Positions 28,703 through 37,715 of a DNA stretch of 64,000 nt are shown here, one piece after another. This DNA comes from Candidatus Aminicenantes bacterium (GTDB lineage: Bacteria; Acidobacteriota; Aminicenantia; Aminicenantales; Saccharicenantaceae). The translations under genes and the position numbers were made by a program. The number at the start of each line of letters is the position of its first letter. Positions within the stretch are counted from its first letter, which is position 1. Under the pieces are notes generated by a model. It saw only the letters and a list, made by a program, of their open reading frames with translations, ran no database searches and was not told the origin of the DNA. The stretch is taken from contig JBFYOD010000001.1 in assembly GCA_041303965.1 (NCBI GenBank), forward strand, positions 30,552-94,551, in the 5' to 3' direction.

Positions 28703-30695
28703 GCCATTTCTCCAAAACGCGCCCGGCTTCCTGCCTGACCTTGCGGTTCCAGACGTCCTTCCGTTCGGACAGGGGCTCGACGTAAGGCAAAGCGGCGCGA
28801 AGGCCGCAGCGCTCGACGATCCGGAGGCTACGGAGGAGCGACTTGTTCCGGAGGCCGTAGGGGGACGGCAGCCCGAAGAGCTTGGTGAAGGCGACATGCT
28901 TGGTCCGCTCGTTCCTCATGAGGAGGATCAGCGCTTCGGCCTGGATGAGCTCGTTCTTTTTTCCAAGGATGGGGAAGAGGAAGGCCTCGTCGAATTCATG
29001 GAGGTCCCCCATCGCCTGGAGGGCCCGGACCTTCACGGCCGGATCGCCGGCCTCGTAGAGCTTCTTCAGCGTGTCGAATGACTCGGGCGTATCGATGGAC
29101 TTCAGGCCGTCGGCGATCTTGCCCAGAAGCTCGCTGTCGGAGGCCTTTTTCTTGATCCCCGCGTGGATCGCCTCGAGCTGGGAGGGGAAGAACCGGAAAC
29201 AGGCGCGTAAAAGCGAGGCGGTCACGATCCTGTCCTTGAAGATCGTGGCGAAGTAGGCTTCTCCCTCGTGGACGCTCTGCCCGAGCTTTTCGATGAAGAG
29301 GTCGAGCTCCGGCCTCGTCTCGCCGCGCAGGAGACAGCCTTCGACGTGTTCCGCGAGAGCCCGCTTCGCTTCTTCGTAGCCCGGCTCGCCCAGAAGGTCG
29401 ACGGCCCGGATCTCGAGGACCTCGTTAAGATCGAGCAGGAATTCGAAGTCCCCCTCGTCGACGATCCGCTCCCATTCCTCGGCAACCCGTTTGAGCTCGG
29501 CGAGGGCCGTCTCTTTATTGATCTCCTGGGAGAGCAGTACGAGGAGGAGGAAACGGTAGTTCCTCTGGAGGAGTTGGCGATCGAGGGTGAGTTTCTTGTC
29601 GAAGGAGATCTCGTTGAGGAGGTTGGACAGCGTCTGGCGGTAGATCTCGGAGTGGAGCTGGGACGAGGCCCCCGAAAGGAGGATACGGATCTTCGACTCG
29701 ACCTCGGGCCTCCGGTTCTGGGGGTTGTCGGAGTGGAAGAGGCCGTGGAGGGACGTCGAGATCTTCTTGTGCCGCTCCTTGTCGATGATCCGGGAGAAGA
29801 TGCTGAAGCTCAGCGAGTCGAACTTGTCGTTGCCGATGATCTCTTCCCAGAGCGTCGAGGCCAGGTCCTCCTCGCTCAGGTCGGAGATGAGGAGCTTGAG
29901 GTTCTCGAATTTCGACTCTGTCGGCGTCTTCCGGGCGGTCACGACCGTCCGCAGGAGCTGTTTCGCGCACGTGCGGTGCTTCTCCTCGGAGGTCGTCTTG
30001 AGGTAGTGGAAGAACTTGGCAAAGTTCTTGTGCAACTCCTCGTTCTGGATGAGGTCCTCGGTGTTGAACTTGCCGACGACCTTTTCGAAACTCCCGGCCA
30101 GCTGGCCGAGCTTCGTGTCATCGTCCTCCTCAACGGCCTCCATGAGGAGGTAGGGCCAGATGTCCTTGATCTCCTCGCCTTCGCCAAGCAGGACCTGGGA
30201 ATAGTCCAGCACATCGAGGGAGATGTGGATGATGTTCTCCCTCTTGATGATGGCCTGGGCGCCGCCCTCCTTGATGAAGGACTTGACGGGCAGCATGATC
30301 TTGGAGGCGAAGCGCATGAACTCGGCGTGGGGGATGCCCGGCCGGATCTCGAGCCGCTTGATCTTGCGGAAGTGGAAGAGCTGGGCCAGGTCGATATAGG
30401 TCCGCTCGCCCTCCCAGAACCGGTTGTCGATGAGAAGGGCATGGGGCGAAAAGCCGATGGACAGGGGGCTGATGTGAACAAAGACGGCCTCGAGCTTGGC
30501 CATGAGCTCGTTGACGCTGCTCTTGAAGGCCGGATGGTCGGGGTTGTACATCGAGGCCATCTTGAAAGCGACGCGCAGGGCCCTGGCCATGGACCGGATG
30601 AGCTCGTCCTTGTCGGAAGGCCCGGAATAGGCCGGCGCCGCCGGGACGGACCCGTCCGTCTTCAGGAGTGTCGATTCGCCGCCGTCGCCGGGCAT
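28692..30695 (-). CDS. Hypothetical 667-aa helical-repeat protein. N-terminus paralogous to the HD-GYP N-terminus, HEAT-like C-terminus.
   Basis: Long ORF with protein-like composition. C-terminal GDPAVKVRALQAMGDL...LIQAEALILL HEAT-like repeats. No catalytic motif recognised. Confidence 0.7.
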   Translation of the reverse strand: MPGDGGESTLLKTDGSVPAAPAYSGPSDKDELIRSMARALRVAFKMASMYNPDHPAFKSSVNELMAKLEAVFVHISPLSIGFSPHALLIDNRFWEGERTYIDLAQLFHFRKIKRLEIRPGIPHAEFMRFASKIMLPVKSFIKEGGAQAIIKRENIIHISLDVLDYSQVLLGEGEEIKDIWPYLLMEAVEEDDDTKLGQLAGSFEKVVGKFNTEDLIQNEELHKNFAKFFHYLKTTSEEKHRTCAKQLLRTVVTARKTPTESKFENLKLLISDLSEEDLASTLWEEIIGNDKFDSLSFSIFSRIIDKERHKKISTSLHGLFHSDNPQNRRPEVESKIRILLSGASSQLHSEIYRQTLSNLLNEISFDKKLTLDRQLLQRNYRFLLLVLLSQEINKETALAELKRVAEEWERIVDEGDFEFLLDLNEVLEIRAVDLLGEPGYEEAKRALAEHVEGCLLRGETRPELDLFIEKLGQSVHEGEAYFATIFKDRIVTASLLRACFRFFPSQLEAIHAGIKKKASDSELLGKIADGLKSIDTPESFDTLKKLYEAGDPAVKVRALQAMGDLHEFDEAFLFPILGKKNELIQAEALILLMRNERTKHVAFTKLFGLPSPYGLRNKSLLRSLRIVERCGLRAALPYVEPLSERKDVWNRKVRQEAGRVLEKWREG

Positions 30696-30794
30696 GGGTT
30701 CACCTCATCCATGAGAACAGAAGGCCATTCTCCTCTTACCTGATGAAAATACCATGCTCCCGATGGATGATTCAAGGGGTGATATCGCCTCCCC

Positions 30795-31943
30795 TTGTCC
30801 TTTTCGTTGAGCCGCCCGGAGGCTTGTGCTATACTGCCCGAAAATGGAACGGAGGCTGACCTCATTCGCAGAGCAGTACTGGCCCTCTCGGACGGGACCG
30901 TCCTCGAGGGCGTAGGTTTCGGCGCGAGCGCCAAGATCGGGGGGGAAGTCGTTTTCAATACCGGGATCGTCGGCTACCCGGAATCCATCACCGACCCCTC
31001 CTATCACGGCCAGATCCTGTGCCAGACCTACCCGCTCATCGGCAACTATGGCGTCGATCCCTCCCGCTTCGAGTCGGAAAAGCCGCAGATCGCCGGCTAC
31101 GCCGTCTCGGAGCTTTGCGCCCGTCCGTCCCACCAGACGTCGGTGAAGACCCTCGACGACTGGCTCCGGGAGAACGGCATCCCGGGGATCTCCGGCATCG
31201 ACACGCGGGCCCTGACGAAGAAGCTCCGAGTCCGCGGCGTCATGCCCGGCCTCCTGGCCGTTGCCGACGGCCCGCTGAACCTCGCCCGGCTGCGCCGCGA
31301 GGCCCGCGTCGCGCCCGACCCCAACGCTCGCGACCTCGTGGCCGAGGTCACGACCCCGGAGATCCGCATCACCAATCCCCGGGCCCCGAAGACCATTGTC
31401 CTCATCGACTGCGGTGTCAAGCAGGGGATCATCCGCGCCCTCGTCCGGCGAGGCGTCGCGGTCGTCCGCGTCCCGGCCGACACGGACGCCGGCCGCATCC
31501 TGGCCTTTGCGCCCCGGGGCGTCGTCATCTCCAACGGGCCTGGCGACCCGAAACGGGCCGCGGCGACGATCGCCGCCGTCCGCAAGCTGCTGCGCGAGGC
31601 CGTTCCCCTTTTCGGCATCTGCCTGGGCAACCAGCTCCTGGCCCTGGCCGCGGGCGGCGACACGTTCAAGCTCAAGTTCGGCCACCGGAGCCAGAACCAA
31701 CCCTGCCTCGAAGAGGGCACCAAGCGTTGTTACATCACCAGCCAGAATCACGGCTTCGCCGTCGATACTGCGACCCTGCCCCGCGGCTGGGCGCCCTGGT
31801 TCCGGAACGCCAACGACGGGACGAACGAGGGCATCCGCCACTGTCGCCTGCCCGTCTTCGGCGTCCAGTTCCACCCCGAGGCCTGTCCCGGGCCGACGGA
31901 CACCGAATTCCTTTTCGATACGTTCCTCGAGGCCGCCGGATGA
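30795..31943 (+). CDS. carA: Carbamoyl-phosphate synthase small (glutaminase) subunit
   Basis: ...RAVLALSDGTVLEGVGFGA...TDPSYHGQIL...LFGICLGNQLLALA...QFHPE. Start uncertain: TTG 30795/30807, or ATT 30864 (see findings). Confidence 0.92.
   Translation: MSFSLSRPEACAILPENGTEADLIRRAVLALSDGTVLEGVGFGASAKIGGEVVFNTGIVGYPESITDPSYHGQILCQTYPLIGNYGVDPSRFESEKPQIAGYAVSELCARPSHQTSVKTLDDWLRENGIPGISGIDTRALTKKLRVRGVMPGLLAVADGPLNLARLRREARVAPDPNARDLVAEVTTPEIRITNPRAPKTIVLIDCGVKQGIIRALVRRGVAVVRVPADTDAGRILAFAPRGVVISNGPGDPKRAAATIAAVRKLLREAVPLFGICLGNQLLALAAGGDTFKLKFGHRSQNQPCLEEGTKRCYITSQNHGFAVDTATLPRGWAPWFRNANDGTNEGIRHCRLPVFGVQFHPEACPGPTDTEFLFDTFLEAAG
30807..30835 (+). promoter_or_regulatory. Candidate sigma70 promoter inside the longest carA ORF (TTGAGC, 17 nt, TATACT)
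   Basis: TTGAGC at 30807-30812 and TATACT at 30830-30835, followed by GGAGG at 30851-30855. Confidence 0.35.
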
Positions 31944-34900
31944 AAAAGCCAAAGAAGGTCCTCATCCTGGGCAGCGGCGCCCTCAAGATCGGCGAGGCCG
32001 GCGAGTTCGACTATTCCGGAAGCCAGGCCATCAAGGCCCTCAAAGAAGAGGGCTGCGAGGTCGTCCTCATCAACCCGAACATCGCCACGATCCAGACTTC
32101 CGAAGGGATGGCCGATCGGGTTTACTTCCTGCCCGTCACGCCCTATTTCGTCGAGAAGGTCATCGCCCGGGAGAAGCCCCAGGGCGTCCTTCTCGCCTTC
32201 GGCGGCCAGACGGCCCTCAACTGCGGCGTCTCCCTCTGGAAAAGCGGAGTCCTCGAAAGAGCAGGACTGCCCGTTCTCGGGACGCCCATGGAGGCCGTCG
32301 AAAAGACGGAGGATCGTAAGCTTTTCAACCAGGCCCTGGCCGCGGTCGGCCTCAAGACGCCGCGCGGCATCGCCGTCAGGACGGTCGAGGCGGGGCTCCG
32401 GGCGGCCGAGGTTGTCGGTTATCCGGTCATGGCCCGCGTCGCATATGCCCTCGGCGGCAAAGGCAGCGGTATCGCCTATGCGCCGCGCGAGCTCCGCGAG
32501 TCGCTGGGAAAGGCCTTCACGGCCGCCTCCCAAGTCCTCGTCGAGGAATACCTCGACGGCTGGAAGGAGATCGAGTACGAGGTCGTCCGCGACCGCGCCG
32601 ACAACTGCGTCACCGTCTGCAACATGGAAAACTTCGACCCGATGGGCATCCACACCGGGGAGAGCATCGTCATCGCCCCGTCCCAGACGCTGACGAACGA
32701 GGAATACCACCGACTGCGGGCCATCGCCATCAAGGCCATCCGCCACCTGGGCATCGTCGGCGAATGCAATATCCAATATGCCCTCAACCCCCGCGACGGC
32801 GACTATCGCATCATCGAGGTCAACGCCCGCCTGTCGCGAAGCTCCGCCCTGGCCAGCAAGGCCACGGGCTACCCGCTGGCCTTCGTCGCCGCGAAACTCG
32901 CCCTCGGCCATCTCCTGCCCGACCTGCCGAACTCGATCACCAAGGTCACATCGGCCTGCTTCGAGCCGGCCCTGGATTACCTTGTCGTCAAGATCCCGCG
33001 CTGGGACCTCAAAAAATTCGGCCGGGTCTCGAAGAAGATCGGCTCGGAGATGAAATCCGTCGGCGAGGTCATGGCCGTAGGGCGGTCCTTCGAGGAGGCC
33101 ATCCAGAAGGCGGCCCGGATGCTCCAGGTTGGCGTGTACGGCCTCGTCGCCAACGAGAATTACTCGTTCCGGAGCCTGGAAAAGGAGCTCCGCCAGCCGA
33201 CCGATGAGCGCCTCTTCGGCATCGCCGAGGCCCTCAAGAAGGGCTTCACCGTCGACCGCATCCACGAGCTAACCCGGATCGACTGCTGGTTCCTCCACAA
33301 GATCAAGTCCGTGGTCGACTGCGAGGCCCGGCTCCGGGGCCGCCGGCTCGGCGCCGTGCCGCAGGACCTTCTCCTCGAGGCCAAGCGAAAGGGCTTTTCG
33401 GACAAGCAGATCGCCCTCCTCACCGGGTCGACGGAACTCCGCGTGAGAAAGAGGCGGAAGGCGACGGGCCTCGTCCCGGCCGTGAAGCAGATCGACACCC
33501 TCGCCGCCGAATACCCGGCCCAGACGAACTACCTCTACGTGACCTACAACGGCCGCGAGGACGATGTCTCTTTCCGCAACGGCGGCGGCCGACCGGGCAA
33601 GGTCATGGTCCTCGGCTCGGGGTCCTACAGCATCGGCTCCTCGGTCGAGTTCGATTGGTGCTGCGTCAACGCCGCCCTGGCCCTCAAAAAACTCGGCTTC
33701 GCGACGATCATGGTCAACTACAACCCGGAAACGGTGTCGACCGACTACGACATCTGCGACCGGCTCTACTTCGACGAGCTCAGCTTCGAGCGCGTCCTCG
33801 ACATCTATGAGAAGGAGCGGCCCCTCGGCGTCCTCTTATCGATGGGCGGGCAGATCCCCAACAACATCGCCCTGCGGTGCCACCAGGCCGGAGTGCGCGT
33901 CCTGGGGACGCCGCCGGCCAGCATCGACCGGGCCGAGAACCGCTTCAAATTCTCGAAACTCCTCGACGAGCTCGGCGTCGACCAGCCTGCGTGGCGCGAG
34001 CTGCGGAGCGTCCGGGAGGCCAAGGCCTTCGCCCGGACGATCGGCTACCCCGTCCTCATCCGGCCGTCCTACGTCCTGAGCGGGGCCGCCATGAGCATCG
34101 TCTTCAACGAGGATTATCTCGACCGCTACCTCCAGAAGGCCTCCCGGGTATCGCCCGAATACCCCGTCGTCATCTCCAAGTTCATCATGAACGCCAAGGA
34201 GATCGAGCTCGACGCCGTGGCCGACCGCGGCGAGGTCGTCGCTTCGGCCATCGTCGAGCACGTCGAGAACGCCGGCGTGCATTCGGGCGACGCGACCATG
34301 GTCCTGCCGCCCCAGAAGCTCTACATCGAGACGATCCGCCGCATCCGCGACATCGGTTGCGAGATCGCCCGGGCCCTGGAGATCACCGGCCCCTTCAACA
34401 TCCAGTTCATTGCCAAGGACAACGCCATCAAGGTCATCGAGTGCAACCTCCGGGCCTCGCGCTCCTTCCCTTTCGTCTCCAAGGTGGCCAGGACGAATTT
34501 CGTCGAGTTGGCCGTGGCCGCCATCATGGGCCAGCCCGTCCGCAACCGCAAGACGACGCTCGACCTGAACTACGTCGGCGTCAAGGCCCCCCAGTTCTCG
34601 TTCTCCCGGCTCAAGGGCGCCGACCCCGTCCTGGGCGTCGAGATGGCCTCGACCGGAGAGGTCGCCTGCCTGGGGGAGGACGTCCGCGAGGCCTATCTCA
34701 AGGCCATCCTCTCGACCGGGTTCGTTCTGCCGAAAAAAAACATCCTCCTGACGATCGGCGGCGAGGAATCCAAGCACCGCTTCCTCGGCCCCGCCCAAAC
34801 CCTGGCCGGCCTGGGCTACAGGATCTTCGCGACCGAGCGCACTTCGGCCTACTTCAAGGAGAACGGCGTCCCCAACACACGCCTGTTCAAGGTCCACGAA

Positions 34901-35137
34901 CGGAGAGGGCCCAATATCCGCGACTACATCGCCGGCCGCAAGATCGATCTCGTCATCTCCGTCCCCAACCCGGGGAAAAGGGTCGAGTTCAACTCGGCCT
35001 ACAAGCTGAGGCGCCTGGCCGTCGATTATTCGATCCCCATCCTGACCAACCTCCAGGCCGCCGACCTCTTCGTCCAAGCCTTGGCTGCCAAGAAACCCGC
35101 CGACCTCAAGGTCAAGCACTGGGCTGAGTACGAATGA
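31940..35137 (+). CDS. carB: Carbamoyl-phosphate synthase large subunit
   Basis: MKKPKKVLILGSGALKIGEAGEFDYSGSQA... with duplicated ATP-grasp halves. ATGA overlap with carA. The longer 31019 ORF start is rejected. Confidence 0.97.
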   Translation: MKKPKKVLILGSGALKIGEAGEFDYSGSQAIKALKEEGCEVVLINPNIATIQTSEGMADRVYFLPVTPYFVEKVIAREKPQGVLLAFGGQTALNCGVSLWKSGVLERAGLPVLGTPMEAVEKTEDRKLFNQALAAVGLKTPRGIAVRTVEAGLRAAEVVGYPVMARVAYALGGKGSGIAYAPRELRESLGKAFTAASQVLVEEYLDGWKEIEYEVVRDRADNCVTVCNMENFDPMGIHTGESIVIAPSQTLTNEEYHRLRAIAIKAIRHLGIVGECNIQYALNPRDGDYRIIEVNARLSRSSALASKATGYPLAFVAAKLALGHLLPDLPNSITKVTSACFEPALDYLVVKIPRWDLKKFGRVSKKIGSEMKSVGEVMAVGRSFEEAIQKAARMLQVGVYGLVANENYSFRSLEKELRQPTDERLFGIAEALKKGFTVDRIHELTRIDCWFLHKIKSVVDCEARLRGRRLGAVPQDLLLEAKRKGFSDKQIALLTGSTELRVRKRRKATGLVPAVKQIDTLAAEYPAQTNYLYVTYNGREDDVSFRNGGGRPGKVMVLGSGSYSIGSSVEFDWCCVNAALALKKLGFATIMVNYNPETVSTDYDICDRLYFDELSFERVLDIYEKERPLGVLLSMGGQIPNNIALRCHQAGVRVLGTPPASIDRAENRFKFSKLLDELGVDQPAWRELRSVREAKAFARTIGYPVLIRPSYVLSGAAMSIVFNEDYLDRYLQKASRVSPEYPVVISKFIMNAKEIELDAVADRGEVVASAIVEHVENAGVHSGDATMVLPPQKLYIETIRRIRDIGCEIARALEITGPFNIQFIAKDNAIKVIECNLRASRSFPFVSKVARTNFVELAVAAIMGQPVRNRKTTLDLNYVGVKAPQFSFSRLKGADPVLGVEMASTGEVACLGEDVREAYLKAILSTGFVLPKKNILLTIGGEESKHRFLGPAQTLAGLGYRIFATERTSAYFKENGVPNTRLFKVHERRGPNIRDYIAGRKIDLVISVPNPGKRVEFNSAYKLRRLAVDYSIPILTNLQAADLFVQALAAKKPADLKVKHWAEYE

Positions 35138-35246
35138 CCGATTCTTAACCATTTTTTTACAAAATGTTGACAAATCTCTCCCTGGCCGACTAAATTAAGG
35201 AGTGTCCGGTCGATCCGGGCTAGAAATCCACTTTAGGAGAAGAATT

Positions 35247-35744
35247 ATGAAAAAGGTCATGTTGGTTGTTTTGGCGGTGGGTTTGTTCGCCGGAGCGGCC
35301 GCCGAGCAGGCCCTGGCTCAGGAGAAAAAGACGGATCTCAGCCTCAACTTGGGAGTCCAGACCAACGTCTTCCCTGGGATCTCGTTCGATTGGGTCGATA
35401 TCACCCTGGACTTTCGCGTCGGCTTCGCTCTTGGCAAATCCTTCGAGATCAGCCCCGAGCTCATGGCCCTTGTGGACAGCGATTTCGCTTTTAACTATGT
35501 CGAACTCAGCCCCGGTGTCATTCTCAACTATAAGTCCGGGAACTTCTTCGTCGGCGCCGGTGTCGTCCTGCCGATCTATCTCGCGTCGGGGGACTCGGAA
35601 ACGGGCAATCTGATGCCCAAGATCAACGTCGGCTACAATTTCGGCAAACTCAAACTGACGGGCTATTTACTGACCATAACCGAGTCGGGCGCGGGTTTTC
35701 TGAAGTACAACTACCTCGGACTCACGCTCGGCTACAGATTCTGA
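35247..35744 (+). CDS. Small outer-membrane beta-barrel-like protein
   Basis: Signal peptide MKKVMLVVLAVGLFAGAAAEQALA, alternating beta-strand pattern, C-terminal ...LTLGYRF (terminal Phe). Confidence 0.6.
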   Translation: MKKVMLVVLAVGLFAGAAAEQALAQEKKTDLSLNLGVQTNVFPGISFDWVDITLDFRVGFALGKSFEISPELMALVDSDFAFNYVELSPGVILNYKSGNFFVGAGVVLPIYLASGDSETGNLMPKINVGYNFGKLKLTGYLLTITESGAGFLKYNYLGLTLGYRF

Positions 35745-35772
35745 TCTCTGAAAACTTCGGACCGTGAAGTCG

Positions 35773-35811
35773 GGCGCACGGGAGCGCCGTTGTCGCGTGC
35801 TTCCGTGCGCC
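35773..35811 (+). terminator. Terminator-like hairpin after the small OMP gene
   Basis: GGCGCACGG ... CCGTGCGCC 9-bp inverted repeat with only a weak T tract. Confidence 0.3.
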
Positions 35812-35897
35812 GTTCTTAAGCATCCCGGGAATGCCCGCCACCCGCTCGGGCGCCGAATCTCGGCCGGCGGGTTCGAACCCTCCCTTCCGTCCCTCGC

Positions 35898-35926
35898 TTG
35901 TCCGCGCGCGTCGAGTCGACTATAAT
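35898..35926 (+). promoter_or_regulatory. Candidate promoter (TTGTCC, 17 nt, TATAAT)
   Basis: Perfect TATAAT at 35921-35926, 20 nt upstream of the ATG at 35947. Confidence 0.4.
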
Positions 35927-35946
35927 CGTCCCAAGGTGAACCCGCC

Positions 35947-37113
35947 ATGCGCACGAAACGAACCATCCTCCCGAACATTGTGATCCTTGTCCTCGGCGCG
36001 GCCTTTTGCGCCGCGGCCCAGGACGCGCCGGCCCGGCCGATGAAGGTCAAGGTCACGGCCGAACAGGCCAACCTCAGGGAAAAACCGGACATCGGCAGCT
36101 CCATCGTCCAGCAGATCCCCGAGGGCACGGTCCTCGAAGCCGATAGGAAAGAAGGCGAGTGGTTCTTCGTCCGCTACACCCTGGAGGACGGCGGAGTCAT
36201 CGGCGGCTACATCCATGAAAGCCTGGTCGTCGTCGAGCAGGCGGCGGCGCCCGAGCCCGAGAGGAGAACGCCGGAGAGAGAGACCTCCCCGAGGCAGCGC
36301 GCCGAAGCGGCGGGGACGAAGAGGCCGGCCGGGCGGAGCGGCCCGGCCTCGTTCTTGGAGTTTTCCCTGTCCGGGGGAGCCGGTTGGATCGCCCCCCGGG
36401 ACCTCAACGACGGCGCCCAGGGATTCGCCGATACAAACGCCGCTCTCCTCGGACTTCCGGCCTCGGGGCCCGTCGATGCCCTGCACTTGGCGACGATCGT
36501 CGGCCTCGAGCTTTCCTACAGGGTTTCGTCCTGGCTCTCCCTGGGGCTGGGCGTCGACTATTTCTGGGGCGCGAACCGGGGCTGGGTCGGATTCACGAAC
36601 GGGATCTTTTCGGAGACTCTCGACACCAGACCCTCGGTCAGCGCCAGCCCGGTCAAGGTCGGCGTCCGGTTCTATCCGGGAAGGGGCTTTTACATCCGGG
36701 GAAGCCTCGGCGTCTATTTCGTCAAGGCCGGCTACCTCTACCGGCTGGAACGGGGCGACAGCTGGCAGGAATGGAAGGGCACCGCCACGGCGCATCGCTT
36801 CGGCGCGGAAGCGGCCTTCGGCGGGGACTGGAAGGTCGGCGCGAACACGTCCTTCTTCGTCGAAGCGGGGTTCCGCATGGCCAGCTTCAGCGGACTCTCG
36901 GGCCAGGAAGTCTACCGAAACTCGGACGGCGATACGCTGACCGAGGAGGGAATACTCTACTTTTTCAGGAAAGAGGGCGCCGACTCCCGCCTCTATCCCC
37001 AACTTTTCATCGGGGACAGCAAGCTGGCCGAAGAGGGCGTCGTCGACACCCGCCAGGCCGGCATCAACTTATCGGGTATGGCTGCCCGGGCAGGGTTCCG
37101 CTACCGGTTCTAA
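35947..37113 (+). CDS. Secreted SH3b-like domain protein fused to a predicted beta-barrel
   Basis: Signal peptide, VTAEQANLREKPDIGSSIVQQIPEGTVLEA...WFFVRY (bacterial SH3-like), a low-complexity linker, beta-rich C-terminal half ending AGFRYRF. Confidence 0.6.
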   Translation: MRTKRTILPNIVILVLGAAFCAAAQDAPARPMKVKVTAEQANLREKPDIGSSIVQQIPEGTVLEADRKEGEWFFVRYTLEDGGVIGGYIHESLVVVEQAAAPEPERRTPERETSPRQRAEAAGTKRPAGRSGPASFLEFSLSGGAGWIAPRDLNDGAQGFADTNAALLGLPASGPVDALHLATIVGLELSYRVSSWLSLGLGVDYFWGANRGWVGFTNGIFSETLDTRPSVSASPVKVGVRFYPGRGFYIRGSLGVYFVKAGYLYRLERGDSWQEWKGTATAHRFGAEAAFGGDWKVGANTSFFVEAGFRMASFSGLSGQEVYRNSDGDTLTEEGILYFFRKEGADSRLYPQLFIGDSKLAEEGVVDTRQAGINLSGMAARAGFRYRF

Positions 37114-37114
37114 T

Positions 37115-37552
37115 TTAGATCCTGGCCACCCGCAAGTAGCGGTCCACATACTCTTCCGGGAGACAAGAGTCCTTGGCGCCGTCGAGGACGACCTTCTCGT
37201 AGTCGGGGTGGGGCTTCCCCACGGCCCGTCCGGCCCGGGCGTAGGTCACGGCCCGGTAGACGTTCCCCTCCGTGTCCTTGACATCGACCTCTTTCCGGTC
37301 GTAGGTCCTCGGGTACCCTTCGAACGCGTCCAGGGACAGCCGGTCTTTCTCGGTGATCTCGAAGAGGGCACCCCAGACGCGTTCCCTATCGGATCCGACC
37401 AGGTTCCCGACCGCGCCGCCCCAGGTCAGGGAATATCCGTCGTAGACGAAGCGTTGCCTTTCGAGGAAGACCGTCTTCAGGAAGCGGCTGCCCGGGCACC
37501 ATCTCTTCATCTGGATGAAGTTCATATTCGAAGCATAGGCGAAATAAAGCAC
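37115..37552 (-). CDS. Gamma-glutamylcyclotransferase (AIG2/GGCT-like) family protein
   Basis: VLYFAYASNMNFIQMKRWCPG... GTG start 6 nt after GAGGAGG. The longer ORF to 37636 is rejected. Confidence 0.75.
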   Translation of the reverse strand: MLYFAYASNMNFIQMKRWCPGSRFLKTVFLERQRFVYDGYSLTWGGAVGNLVGSDRERVWGALFEITEKDRLSLDAFEGYPRTYDRKEVDVKDTEGNVYRAVTYARAGRAVGKPHPDYEKVVLDGAKDSCLPEEYVDRYLRVARI

Positions 37553-37715
37553 GGCCCACCTCCTCGATGAGCGGGTCTTCCCCTGGCCCTGATTATAATG
37601 CCGTCCTGCGGCCGGCGCAACTGCGAATATGGCCATTGCATCCGGAAGACGGGGGGCGGAAGGCTTGGCGCCGCGTGTCTCCTCCGACTCGCACGCGGCC
37701 GAGCCGGGGCAGAAC

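Noticed and set aside
31019-31939. N-terminal 307-codon extension of the carB ORF (1372-aa version)
   Set aside because: The extension lies inside carA in another frame and is Arg/Pro-rich. Canonical CarB begins MKKPKKVLILGSGALKIGEAGEFDYSG at 31940, with an ATGA overlap to carA.
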